From Candidatus Omnitrophota bacterium (GTDB taxonomy: Bacteria; Omnitrophota; Gorgyraeia; Gygaellales; JAQTUX01): a DNA stretch of 64,000 bases. Below the pieces are notes generated by a model. It ran no database searches. It saw only the letters and a program-made list of their open reading frames with translations, and was not told the DNA's origin. Below, in pieces: positions 19,424 through 28,458 of this stretch (positions are counted from its first letter, which is position 1; every line of letters begins with the position of its first letter). The translations under genes and the position numbers were made by a program. The stretch lies in NCBI GenBank assembly GCA_028707125.1, contig JAQTUX010000001.1, positions 394,375 through 458,374 on the forward strand, given 5' to 3'.

Positions 19424-20470
19424 ATGATTATAAGGATTAAAGAACTGCTTAAGAATATATCGCTGGCTGCCGCATCTTCTTTTATTGTTTTGTTTATAAT
19501 TAATTATTTTGTGGGTATATTCTTTGATAAAGAGATCTCCAGGGTGCAATGGGCGCAGGACCATACGGTAAGATTAAGGATGTCGGATAACCCCGAGATA
19601 ATGTTTGAGGCCACCCCTAATATAGGGGAGGCAAACAGCCAGGGGCTGAGGGATTTTGAGTATAGTTTTAAGAAGCCCAATGGCACACGCAGGATCGCGG
19701 TAATCGGTGATTCCATATCCTATGGTATAGGAGTTGAAGTAGAGGAGTCATGGCCTAAGCAGCTGGAAAAGAAATTGAATGAAGATAACGCCGGCGCCAG
19801 ATTTGAGGTCATAAATTTTTCCGTTCCCGCTTATTCAACCGTGCAGGAAGCGGAGGTCCTGAGGACCAAGGCGGTAAAATATGACCCGGACCTTGTCATC
19901 ATAGCGGCCTTTGAGAATGATAACGCCATTTACAGTTCGGAGATGAATAAAATATTTTCCAGTGAAGCGTCTCCGGATTATTTTGACAGCGTGCATGTTT
20001 TGTTCGACCCCGGGCTATCCGGCTTTCAAAGGTCTATCTACAGCAGCAGCCTCGGAAAGTTTATCAGGTACAGGCTTGCCCTGCTGAAGGATTCTGGTTT
20101 AAATAGATCAGGTATCCTGAGATATCCCAGCCCCGGCAGACATATAAGATATATCAGCGAATATTACAACGACGTTGATGTTATCGGTTCGGGCTTTAAG
20201 AAGATAAGTTCAGTACTCAGAAAGCACAGGCTGCCTTGCCTGGTAGTATTTTTCAGTCATACGGAAAACACGGTTGTCCGCGATAAGATCAGCGGGATAT
20301 GCCGGGAAAACAGCATCGCCTTTATGGATACAATGCACCTTTTTCCATACAAAGAAGAGGACATCAAGGGAAGTTATTATATAGATAACTGCCATCTGAC
20401 GCCGTATGCCCATGCGCTTTATGCCGATGAGGTTTATCTGAGATTGAGATCAATGGGGGTCGCGGGATAG
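19424..20470 (+). CDS. Membrane-anchored SGNH/GDSL hydrolase or acyltransferase
   Basis: 'RRIAVIGDSISYGIG', 'INFSVPAYST', 'IDNCHLTPYAHA'. Confidence 0.6.
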   Translation: MIIRIKELLKNISLAAASSFIVLFIINYFVGIFFDKEISRVQWAQDHTVRLRMSDNPEIMFEATPNIGEANSQGLRDFEYSFKKPNGTRRIAVIGDSISYGIGVEVEESWPKQLEKKLNEDNAGARFEVINFSVPAYSTVQEAEVLRTKAVKYDPDLVIIAAFENDNAIYSSEMNKIFSSEASPDYFDSVHVLFDPGLSGFQRSIYSSSLGKFIRYRLALLKDSGLNRSGILRYPSPGRHIRYISEYYNDVDVIGSGFKKISSVLRKHRLPCLVVFFSHTENTVVRDKISGICRENSIAFMDTMHLFPYKEEDIKGSYYIDNCHLTPYAHALYADEVYLRLRSMGVAG

Positions 20471-20485
20471 GGACTGACCGCTATT

Positions 20486-22048
20486 ATGGACCGGTTTGTA
20501 TTCAGACAGAAGATAGTGTATGTTTTAGCCGGCATAATGCTGGCCTTAGCCGCCCTTGAGCTGGGTATGCGCATAACAGGCAAGGTCCTAAGTTATAGAC
20601 AAAACAGGCGCAACACAATGGCATTACAGCGCAGTGGCGCATACCGCATTTTATGCCTGGGCGAGTCCACCACCGCGGGGCAGTGGCCGCTTTTCCTGGA
20701 AGAGATGCTTAATGAGAAGAAAACAGGGCTGAAATTTACGGTGATAGATAAGGGCGTCCCGGGGACCAACACCGGTTTCATAGTATCTATGCTGGAAGAG
20801 AATATTGACCGGTATAAACCCGATATGGTGATCACCATGATGGGGGCTAATGACGTTTGGACCAATATAGTATACAGGGGCACCCTGGCTGTGAGGACGG
20901 AGATATTTCTTAAAAATTTCAGGATATATAAGCTATTCAGAATATTAGCGGTGAATATTGCCGGGAAGATCCAGATAAGGCATGACGTAAAAGAGGCGGC
21001 CACTGCCCCGGTCCCCGAACATGATTACCTGAAATTGGCCGGTTCCTATGAGGCGCAAGGGCAATATGGCGAAGCGATCGCCATGTACCGCAAGGCCATC
21101 GAGGCCGATCCGGATAATAGCCGCATATATCAGACGTTAGGCATGCATTATCGTGAACAGGAAAAATACGAAGAGGCCGAACGCGTCCTGCAACGAGCCA
21201 TTGAAATCGACCCGCGTAATGATTATGCGTATGTAGAGCTGGGGCGTTGTTATCTGGAGAGAAAGATGTGGGATAAGGGGATACCGGTATTGGAAAAGGC
21301 CATAGATATTAATCCTCGTGAAACATACGCTTATTTATTCCTGGGCATGGCCCTTAATGAGCTGCAGCAATGCGATAAGGCGATAGGGATATTAAAAGGC
21401 GCGCTGAACAGCGATCCGGATAATGTGTTTGCGCTGGAGGCGCTTGCGATATGCTCTGAGGGCCCGGGGTTATTCAAGGAACGGGAATACGCGTTTAAGA
21501 GATTGATAGCCCGTAATCACAGGGCCGCCTGGGCTTATGTTGAGCTGGGGCGCAGTTATGGCAAGCAGGGCAGGTTTGCCGAAGAGAGGGCTTTATATGA
21601 GAGTGGTATCGAGTCGTATCAGCGAAAAGACTTCCTCTACCGCCTGATCGCGTTATCTTTTGAGAAGGAAGGAAGACATAATATGGCAAGAAGGTATTTT
21701 AATATGGCCGCGGAGATGTCGATGAAACAGTATGATCATATAATGGCGCAGAATTATCGGCTCCTGAAAGATATCGTTAAAAGCAGGGGATTGCAGCTGG
21801 TATGCGTGCAATATCCAATGCGCAGCGCAGAGCCGTTAAAGGCGATGTTTGAGGTTACCGAGGGGGTTATTTTCGCAGATAATGAGAAAATATTTAAAGA
21901 CGCTGTAGCGGCAGGCGGATATGGGGAATATTTTGTAGATAATTTCGGCGGCGACTTCGGCCATTGCACCGATAAAGGCAACCGCCTGTTAGCCGGGAAT
22001 ATAGCCGATACCATAGAAAGGGAATATTTCAGTGGAATGCCGCGATAG
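20486..22048 (+). CDS. SGNH-family enzyme with ~6 TPR repeats inserted between block III and block V
   Basis: TM helix; 'YRILCLGESTTAGQWP' (block I, GES), 'KGVPGTNTG' (II), 'MMGANDVW' (III), TPR-like repeats 'AIAMYRKAIEADPDN...', then 'GGDFGHCTDKGNRLLAGNIA' (block V DxxH). Confidence 0.6.
   Translation: MDRFVFRQKIVYVLAGIMLALAALELGMRITGKVLSYRQNRRNTMALQRSGAYRILCLGESTTAGQWPLFLEEMLNEKKTGLKFTVIDKGVPGTNTGFIVSMLEENIDRYKPDMVITMMGANDVWTNIVYRGTLAVRTEIFLKNFRIYKLFRILAVNIAGKIQIRHDVKEAATAPVPEHDYLKLAGSYEAQGQYGEAIAMYRKAIEADPDNSRIYQTLGMHYREQEKYEEAERVLQRAIEIDPRNDYAYVELGRCYLERKMWDKGIPVLEKAIDINPRETYAYLFLGMALNELQQCDKAIGILKGALNSDPDNVFALEALAICSEGPGLFKEREYAFKRLIARNHRAAWAYVELGRSYGKQGRFAEERALYESGIESYQRKDFLYRLIALSFEKEGRHNMARRYFNMAAEMSMKQYDHIMAQNYRLLKDIVKSRGLQLVCVQYPMRSAEPLKAMFEVTEGVIFADNEKIFKDAVAAGGYGEYFVDNFGGDFGHCTDKGNRLLAGNIADTIEREYFSGMPR
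21791..22020 (+). repeat. ~230-nt segment with high nucleotide identity to 30774..31003 (3' ends of the two SGNH-TPR paralogs)
   Basis: e.g. 'aagctggtatgcgtgcaatatccaatgcgcagc' vs 'aagctggtatgcgtgcagtatcctatgcgcagc'; '...ggcgacttcggccattgcacc...' vs '...ggtgacttcggccactgcacg...'. Confidence 0.6.
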
Positions 22049-23444
22049 GGCTGTTTATTTACCAGGGTTTTTTCATAAGCCGGAGAACATATTTGCTATT
22101 ATAGGGTTAATGTGGGGAATCCTGTTTGTATTTATAACCCCTCCTTTTCAGGCCCCTGATGAGGACCTTCATTTTTACCGCGCCTTTCATGTTTCCGAAG
22201 GCAATATAAAAGCTTCATTGCGCTCGGGCACGGCCGGGGGCCATCTGCCGCGCAGCCTCGAAGACACGGTCAAGGTCTTTTCCGGCGTGTCTTTTTTCCA
22301 TAAGCATAAACAGAAAATAGGGGATATTATTTCTGCTGCCGGCCGTCCGCTTGACAGTGAAGACAGGGTATTTATTAATTTAAGGGCTATGGCGCGGCTC
22401 TCCCCGGTTGCCTATATCCCGCAGGCCCTGGGCATTATGCTGGGCAGGCTATTCGATCTCCCCGTGTTAATACTGATGTATCTGGGCCGTATATTTAACC
22501 TGTTATTCTGGATATTGGTCATGCGCCGCGCCATCAAAAACATCCCGTTACTTAAATGGGGCGTTTTGCTGTTAGCCCTTATGCCCATGTCGTTGTTTCT
22601 GGCCTCTTCCCTGAGCGCTGACGCGATGACAAACGCCCTGTCATTTCTTTTGATCGCGGTATTCCTGCGATGCGCGTTTGATAAGGGCGTATCCGTTATA
22701 AGCAGGAGAGAATTGGCCGTATTATTTTTATACTCTGGCCTGGCCGCCCTAAGCAAGCCGTACCTGTTTCTTGCATTATTGTTTCTTTTGATCCCGCGGG
22801 AGAAGTTTTGTTGCCTGAGAAGTTACCTTAAGGTATTTTTCTCATTGTTGTTTACCGGCATAGTTGTTCAGGGCATATGGTGCTTTACGATCAGGGAGCT
22901 GTTTGTGAGTATCAGGGCGGGAGTGGAAGCGTTGCCGCACATTTCTCTCGTTGTATTCGACCCCCTTAAGTACCTCGCGGTTTTGATCGGGACGCTGTAT
23001 GCGAACGGGTTTTTTTACGCCGATTCGTTCATAGGCAGGCTTGGCTGGCTGGATACTCCCTTGCCGTTATTTCTGGTTATCTCGTATTACGCTGTCTTGA
23101 TCCTCGTCCCTGTTCTTGAGCGCCCCTCCGGGATAACGATCCATTACAGGCAGAGAGTTGTGGCGCTTATAACAGCATTGGCGGGGTTTATTTTCGTGTT
23201 TACATCTCAGTATCTGTCTTATACGCCTTTATGGGGCGATATTATTGAAGGGGTGCAGGGCAGGTATTTCATTCCTTTCGCGCCGGTGTTATTCTTGATC
23301 CTCTATAACGGTAATATGCCGTTTAATATCAGGCGCTACGCTGCCATAGTAACAGGTTATGCCGTATTCGCGTTAAGTTACACATTGGTAGTTCTGGCGT
23401 GCCGGTATTATCTCCCGGTTGAATTTTATAACGCCCTCAGGTAA
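22032..23444 (+). CDS. DUF2142-like GT-C membrane protein (putative polyprenyl-P-sugar-dependent transferase)
   Basis: 'FITPPFQAPDEDLHFYRAFHV' PDE motif typical of DUF2142; ~10 TM. Confidence 0.55.
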   Translation: MECRDRAVYLPGFFHKPENIFAIIGLMWGILFVFITPPFQAPDEDLHFYRAFHVSEGNIKASLRSGTAGGHLPRSLEDTVKVFSGVSFFHKHKQKIGDIISAAGRPLDSEDRVFINLRAMARLSPVAYIPQALGIMLGRLFDLPVLILMYLGRIFNLLFWILVMRRAIKNIPLLKWGVLLLALMPMSLFLASSLSADAMTNALSFLLIAVFLRCAFDKGVSVISRRELAVLFLYSGLAALSKPYLFLALLFLLIPREKFCCLRSYLKVFFSLLFTGIVVQGIWCFTIRELFVSIRAGVEALPHISLVVFDPLKYLAVLIGTLYANGFFYADSFIGRLGWLDTPLPLFLVISYYAVLILVPVLERPSGITIHYRQRVVALITALAGFIFVFTSQYLSYTPLWGDIIEGVQGRYFIPFAPVLFLILYNGNMPFNIRRYAAIVTGYAVFALSYTLVVLACRYYLPVEFYNALR

Positions 23445-23477
23445 ATGACGGCGTTTTAAAATGACGGCTAATATACC

Positions 23478-25541
23478 ATGATCGTCATGAAACCGATATT
23501 GTATTATATCGACCCGGGTTCGGGGCTGCCTTTCTCGGGCTCGGGCCCGTTAATATCGGGCTTGCTGGCCGGGGTCATCGGATTTCTTTTGTTCGGCCTT
23601 AAGTGTCTTTTCAGGTTATTCAGAAGGCGCATTCCGCAGTTAATCTTAGTTGTTATCATAGCATTGATCATAATGATTGTGAGGTCAGATATGTTTAAAG
23701 GGCTATTTATGCAGGATTCAAAGAAAGTAATCATTTTAGGAATGGATGGTCTGGAGCCGGGTATCGTAGAGAAATTGATGAGGGAGGGGAGATTGCCGAA
23801 TTTTTCCCGCCTGAAAGATATAGGCGCTTATAGCAAGCTGCATACATCTATTCCCTCTGAATCAGCGGTCGCCTGGACCAGCTTTTATACGGGGACAAAT
23901 CCCGGCAAACACGGAATATACGATTTTATCATGCCGCGGTTTGAGAATTATCTGCCATATTTGAGCCTGACCAATACGCGCGCGGGAAGAGGCATCGCCA
24001 GGTACCAGCAGGGCGATGCGTTCTGGGATATTGCCTCAAGACATAGAATACCCAGCACTATATTATTCTGCCCTAATACCTTTCCGCCGGATAAGATCTA
24101 CGGAAAGATGCTTTCCGGAATGGGGGTTACGGATTTGCGGGGGACGATGGGCACCTTTTCCTTTTATACAACCGCGCAGCCCTCCGGTAAAAAGGATACC
24201 GGCGGCCAGGTTTATTATGTAAAGGCCGAAGGCAACAGGATAAATACTTCTTTATTGGGGCCCAGGGATTCCTCGGGAAGCAAAAAGAAGGATTTCGCTA
24301 TTCCTATGAAGATCGTTTTGCATCCCGAAAAGGGGATGGCCTCTATTGAGTTGGATAATAAGAGATTTGAATTGCGTGAATCCGAATGGTCCGCGTGGAC
24401 AAGGATCAGGTTTAAGATCGGCGCGATAAAAAAAGTAAGCGGTACATGCAAATTTTACCTGAAGCGGATAGGCCCTGTTTTTGAACTTTATGTAAGCGCG
24501 ATAAATATCGACCCCAGGCATCCGGCTTTTGCCGTCTCCTATCCTGAGGATTACGCGGCCAAGATCGCCGAAGAGACAGGGATGTATTCTACCTTAGGCA
24601 TGCCTCATGATACCTGGGCGTTGAATGAAAACAGGATCGCCTACGGGACATATCTTCAGCAGTCAGACAGTATCTTTTCTGAAAGAGAGGCGATATTTAG
24701 AAATGAGTTGAAGAAATTCAGCAGGGGCATATTTTTCTTTTATTTCGGCACGTCCGATTCCCTTCAGCATATGTTCTGGCGTTTCAGCGGCCCCGGACAC
24801 CCTGATTCCGGCAGAGGCCTGCCCGGACCTTACGGCGATGTGATCGAGACGCATTACCAGCGCCTGGACGGGATCCTGGGAGAGGTGTTGGATGGCTGCG
24901 TGGATAACAATACGTTGGTGATTGTGCTTTCTGACCATGGGTTCACGGCTTTCCGCAGGGCAGTGCATATAAACAGGTGGTTGATAGAAAATGGCTTTAT
25001 GCGTCTTAAAGGCGGCGAAAAGGCAGGCGAGGAGTTTTTTGCTAATGTGGACTGGGCAAGGACCCGGGCCTATAGCCTGGGATTTGGCGGCATTTACATA
25101 AACCGGATCAATCGCGAGAGGGAGGGCATTGTATATCCGGGTAATGATAGCGAGGATGTAAAAGGCGCCATAAAGAAGAAACTGCTTGGTTTAAAAGACC
25201 CCAGGACGGGCCAGAAGGTGGTTAATAATGTCTATATCGGGAAAGAAATATTCCAGGGTCCCAATACAGATAAGGCGCCGGACCTATTTATAGGATTTGA
25301 TCACGGATTCAGGGCGTCATGGCAGACAGCCCTGGGCGCCGCGCCCGAGGCGCTTATTGAAGACAATATGAAAAACTGGGGAGGAGACCACCTGGTTGAT
25401 CCCGCTCTGGTGCCGGGCATATTATTGGTCAACAGGAAAATAGAGCGTAATGATCCCAACATAGTTGATATAGTCCCTACGATTCTAAGATTTTATGGCA
25501 TTGAACCCCCGGATGATCTTGACGGCCGGCCCTTATTTTAG
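23478..25541 (+). CDS. Membrane-anchored alkaline-phosphatase-superfamily enzyme of the NPP/type I phosphodiesterase family
   Basis: Two N-terminal TM; 'VIILGMDGLEPG', 'SIPSESAVAWTSFYTGTNPGKHGIYDF' (NPP-like nucleophile region), C-terminal 'NWGGDHLVDPA'. Confidence 0.6.
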   Translation: MIVMKPILYYIDPGSGLPFSGSGPLISGLLAGVIGFLLFGLKCLFRLFRRRIPQLILVVIIALIIMIVRSDMFKGLFMQDSKKVIILGMDGLEPGIVEKLMREGRLPNFSRLKDIGAYSKLHTSIPSESAVAWTSFYTGTNPGKHGIYDFIMPRFENYLPYLSLTNTRAGRGIARYQQGDAFWDIASRHRIPSTILFCPNTFPPDKIYGKMLSGMGVTDLRGTMGTFSFYTTAQPSGKKDTGGQVYYVKAEGNRINTSLLGPRDSSGSKKKDFAIPMKIVLHPEKGMASIELDNKRFELRESEWSAWTRIRFKIGAIKKVSGTCKFYLKRIGPVFELYVSAINIDPRHPAFAVSYPEDYAAKIAEETGMYSTLGMPHDTWALNENRIAYGTYLQQSDSIFSEREAIFRNELKKFSRGIFFFYFGTSDSLQHMFWRFSGPGHPDSGRGLPGPYGDVIETHYQRLDGILGEVLDGCVDNNTLVIVLSDHGFTAFRRAVHINRWLIENGFMRLKGGEKAGEEFFANVDWARTRAYSLGFGGIYINRINREREGIVYPGNDSEDVKGAIKKKLLGLKDPRTGQKVVNNVYIGKEIFQGPNTDKAPDLFIGFDHGFRASWQTALGAAPEALIEDNMKNWGGDHLVDPALVPGILLVNRKIERNDPNIVDIVPTILRFYGIEPPDDLDGRPLF

Positions 25542-25546
25542 AGACC

Positions 25547-26347
25547 ATGCATTATCTTGATGAGTTAGAAAATACAAGTATTTTTATAATCCGGGAAGCC
25601 CATTACAAATTTGCAAATATCGCCGCCCTGTGGTCTATAGGCAAGGATTCCACTACGCTTCTATGGCTTTGCCGCAAGGCGTTTTTCGGTAAGATCCCTT
25701 TTCCCATAATCCACATAGATACCGGATACAAGTTCCCCCAGATGTATAAATTCAGGGATATTTATGCTGAGAAATGGGGATTGGACCTTATTGTCGGCAG
25801 GAATGAAAAGGCCATAGAAAAGGGTTCTTCGCCCGAGAAAGGCAGGTTAGAGTGCTGTGATCTGCTTAAAACCGAGGCCTTAAAACAGACAATAGCCGGG
25901 CATGATCTCAAGGCCCTGCTCTTAGGCATAAGACGGGATGAGCACGGCATCAGGGCCAAAGAGCGGTATTTTTCTCCGCGCGACGACAAATTCCGATGGG
26001 ATTATCAAAACCAGCCTGCTGAGCTCTGGGAGCATTATAAATCCAGCTTAGAAAAAGAAGGACATTTCAGGGTCCACCCGTTGCTCCATTGGACAGAACT
26101 GAATATCTGGCAATATATAAAGAGAGAAAAGATCCCTGTAACAGGGCTCTATTTTGCCAGGGGCGGCAAGCGTTATCGCAGCATCGGCTGCGTTCCTTGC
26201 TGCCGGCCCGTTGATTCAAAAGCAGATACCATAGATAAGATCATAGATGAACTTAAGACGACCCGGATCGCCGAACGCTCAGGAAGGGCGCAGGATAAAG
26301 AGAATGCCTATGCGATGCAGAAGTTAAGGTCGTTAGGGTATATGTAG
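25547..26347 (+). CDS. cysD: Sulfate adenylyltransferase subunit 2
   Basis: PP-loop 'LWSIGKDSTTLLWL', 'LHWTELNIWQYI', C-terminal 'RYRSIGCVPCC...MQKLRSLGYM'. Confidence 0.8.
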   Translation: MHYLDELENTSIFIIREAHYKFANIAALWSIGKDSTTLLWLCRKAFFGKIPFPIIHIDTGYKFPQMYKFRDIYAEKWGLDLIVGRNEKAIEKGSSPEKGRLECCDLLKTEALKQTIAGHDLKALLLGIRRDEHGIRAKERYFSPRDDKFRWDYQNQPAELWEHYKSSLEKEGHFRVHPLLHWTELNIWQYIKREKIPVTGLYFARGGKRYRSIGCVPCCRPVDSKADTIDKIIDELKTTRIAERSGRAQDKENAYAMQKLRSLGYM

Positions 26348-26354
26348 AAAGCCG

Positions 26355-27194
26355 ATGGAATTGACATTAATCTTTATTGTAATAATGATTATGACCGCAT
26401 TTATATGTGAGTATGTGGATTCAACATTGGGCATGGGATACGGTACGGCGCTTACCCCCATCCTTTTACTCTTGGGGTTCAGCCCTTTACAGATCGTGCC
26501 TACGATATTGTTATCCGAATTGATCACCGGAATATCGGCGGGGCTCCTGCATCATAAGCAGGGCAATGTAGAATTCAAATTAAAGACGAATAATCTTGCT
26601 TTGATCTTTCGGAAAGTAAGTTCCCTGGGGTTTAGAGAAAGTTTCATAAGGGGTGTTTCCAAACATCTGAAGATCGGTCTGTTGCTGGCCGTCTGCAGCG
26701 TAATAGGGACTGTTGCCGCGGTCTTTGTCGCGGTTAACATTCCTAAATTCTGGCTTAACCTCTATATCGGATGTCTGGTGTTTTCAATGGGGATAATTAT
26801 CATTGTCTGCTTTAATAGAAGTTTCCCCTTTTCCTGGAGAAAGATTACCTTTTTGGGCATAATTGCTTCTTTTAATAAAGGGATGAGCGGAGGCGGATAT
26901 GGGCCGTTGGTAACCAGCGGCCAGATTTTATCCGGGGTTGATGGTAAGAGCGCCGTAGGCATTACCTCTTTGGCCGAAGGTTTGACCTGTGCGGTGGGGG
27001 TAATCACCTATCTATTCGTTGCCAAAAATCCCATTGATTGGAAATTGGCCCCCTATATTATTACCGGCGCTGTGTTGTCCGTGCCTTTTTCAGTAATAAG
27101 CGTAAAAAAGATAACAGGGGAGAGATTAAAAATAGCCATCGCCTTGTTTACCATAATACTTGGCGCGGCGACTATTGTACGAACCTTACGTTGA
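26355..27194 (+). CDS. TSUP (TauE/SafE) family anion permease, putative sulfate/sulfite transporter
   Basis: ~8 TM, duplicated 4-TM halves, 'GMSGGGYGPLVTSGQIL'. Confidence 0.65.
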   Translation: MELTLIFIVIMIMTAFICEYVDSTLGMGYGTALTPILLLLGFSPLQIVPTILLSELITGISAGLLHHKQGNVEFKLKTNNLALIFRKVSSLGFRESFIRGVSKHLKIGLLLAVCSVIGTVAAVFVAVNIPKFWLNLYIGCLVFSMGIIIIVCFNRSFPFSWRKITFLGIIASFNKGMSGGGYGPLVTSGQILSGVDGKSAVGITSLAEGLTCAVGVITYLFVAKNPIDWKLAPYIITGAVLSVPFSVISVKKITGERLKIAIALFTIILGAATIVRTLR

Positions 27195-27195
27195 G

Positions 27196-28425
27196 ATGAA
27201 TGATGACACGCTTAAATTAGTTATAGTCGGCCATGTGGACCACGGCAAATCTACGTTAATAGGCAGGCTGCTGTTTGATACCGGCTCGTTGTCTAAAGAT
27301 AGGATCGAGGAAATAGAAAAGACCTCAAAGGAATTAGGCAAAGAGTTTGAACTCGCCTTCCTGACGGATCATCTTAGGGAAGAAAGGGAAGGGGCCAGGA
27401 CTATAGATACTACACAGGTTTTCTTTTCCGCCGGCAAGAGGCATTACGCCATAATTGACGCGCCCGGGCACGTTGAGTTTATAAAAAATATGATCACAGG
27501 CACAACGCATGCGGACGTCGCGATCTTAGTGGTGAGCGTAAAGGAAGGGGTAGAAGAGCAAACCAGGAGGCATGCCTATTTACTGAAAATGTTAGGCATA
27601 AGGAATCTGATCGTTGCCGTGAACAAAATGGATATGGTTGATTATAGCCGGTCCGAGTTTCTGGCGGTTAAGAGGAAGACGGAGGAATTACTGTCCTTGA
27701 TCGGTATTGCTGCCCTGGATATCATCCCCATATCTGCCAGGGAAGGAGATAATATTATCAGTGATTCAAGGCGAATGCTTTGGCACAGAGGCCGTTCTTT
27801 GCTGGAGGTGTTAGATGGGGCAGGTTTAGACGCGTTTACCGGCAGCGGGATCCTACGCCTTCCGGTACAGGATATGTATAGCATGGGAGATAAAAAGCTC
27901 TATGTCGGCAGGGTGGAATCCGGAGAACTCAATGAGAAGCAATCGGTATTGGTTCTTCCTTGCAATAAGATGGTAACTGTGGAATCAATTCATAAATTTA
28001 AGAAGAGAATACGCAGGGCGGGCATAGGCGAATGCGTTGGTTTTATTCTTAAAGAACCGGTAATTATCAGCCGCGGCGAGGTTATTTGCGGGGAAAAAGA
28101 TGCCCCCGCGATTACCCGGCGTTTTAAGGCTGTCATATTTTGTATGTCCAACGGGCCTCTTAAAGTTGATGAAGAACTGGTCTTTAAGTGCGTTACTCAG
28201 GAGGTTTTATGCCGGGTTGAAAAGATAGAAAGAAGGATTGATCCCTCTTCGTTGAGGTCATCAGGAAATGACGCGAAGTGCCTGGAATACGCATTGGCGG
28301 GAGAGGTCAGCATAAAGACAGAGCAGCCCGTAGTTATTGATGATTTTCGCAGAGTCAGCCGATTAGGAAGATTCATCTTGGAAAAAGAACACGATGTAGT
28401 GGCCGGAGGAATAGTAACTTATTGA
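27196..28425 (+). CDS. cysN: Sulfate adenylyltransferase subunit 1 (GTPase), no APS-kinase domain
   Basis: 'LKLVIVGHVDHGKSTLIGRLL', 'DAPGHVEF', 'NKMD'; ATG 27196 lies 1 nt after TSUP stop (ORF track 27160 overlaps). Confidence 0.8.
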   Translation: MNDDTLKLVIVGHVDHGKSTLIGRLLFDTGSLSKDRIEEIEKTSKELGKEFELAFLTDHLREEREGARTIDTTQVFFSAGKRHYAIIDAPGHVEFIKNMITGTTHADVAILVVSVKEGVEEQTRRHAYLLKMLGIRNLIVAVNKMDMVDYSRSEFLAVKRKTEELLSLIGIAALDIIPISAREGDNIISDSRRMLWHRGRSLLEVLDGAGLDAFTGSGILRLPVQDMYSMGDKKLYVGRVESGELNEKQSVLVLPCNKMVTVESIHKFKKRIRRAGIGECVGFILKEPVIISRGEVICGEKDAPAITRRFKAVIFCMSNGPLKVDEELVFKCVTQEVLCRVEKIERRIDPSSLRSSGNDAKCLEYALAGEVSIKTEQPVVIDDFRRVSRLGRFILEKEHDVVAGGIVTY

Positions 28426-28458
28426 CTTAGGGTATTTCTCTGTGTTATTATAAATCCG

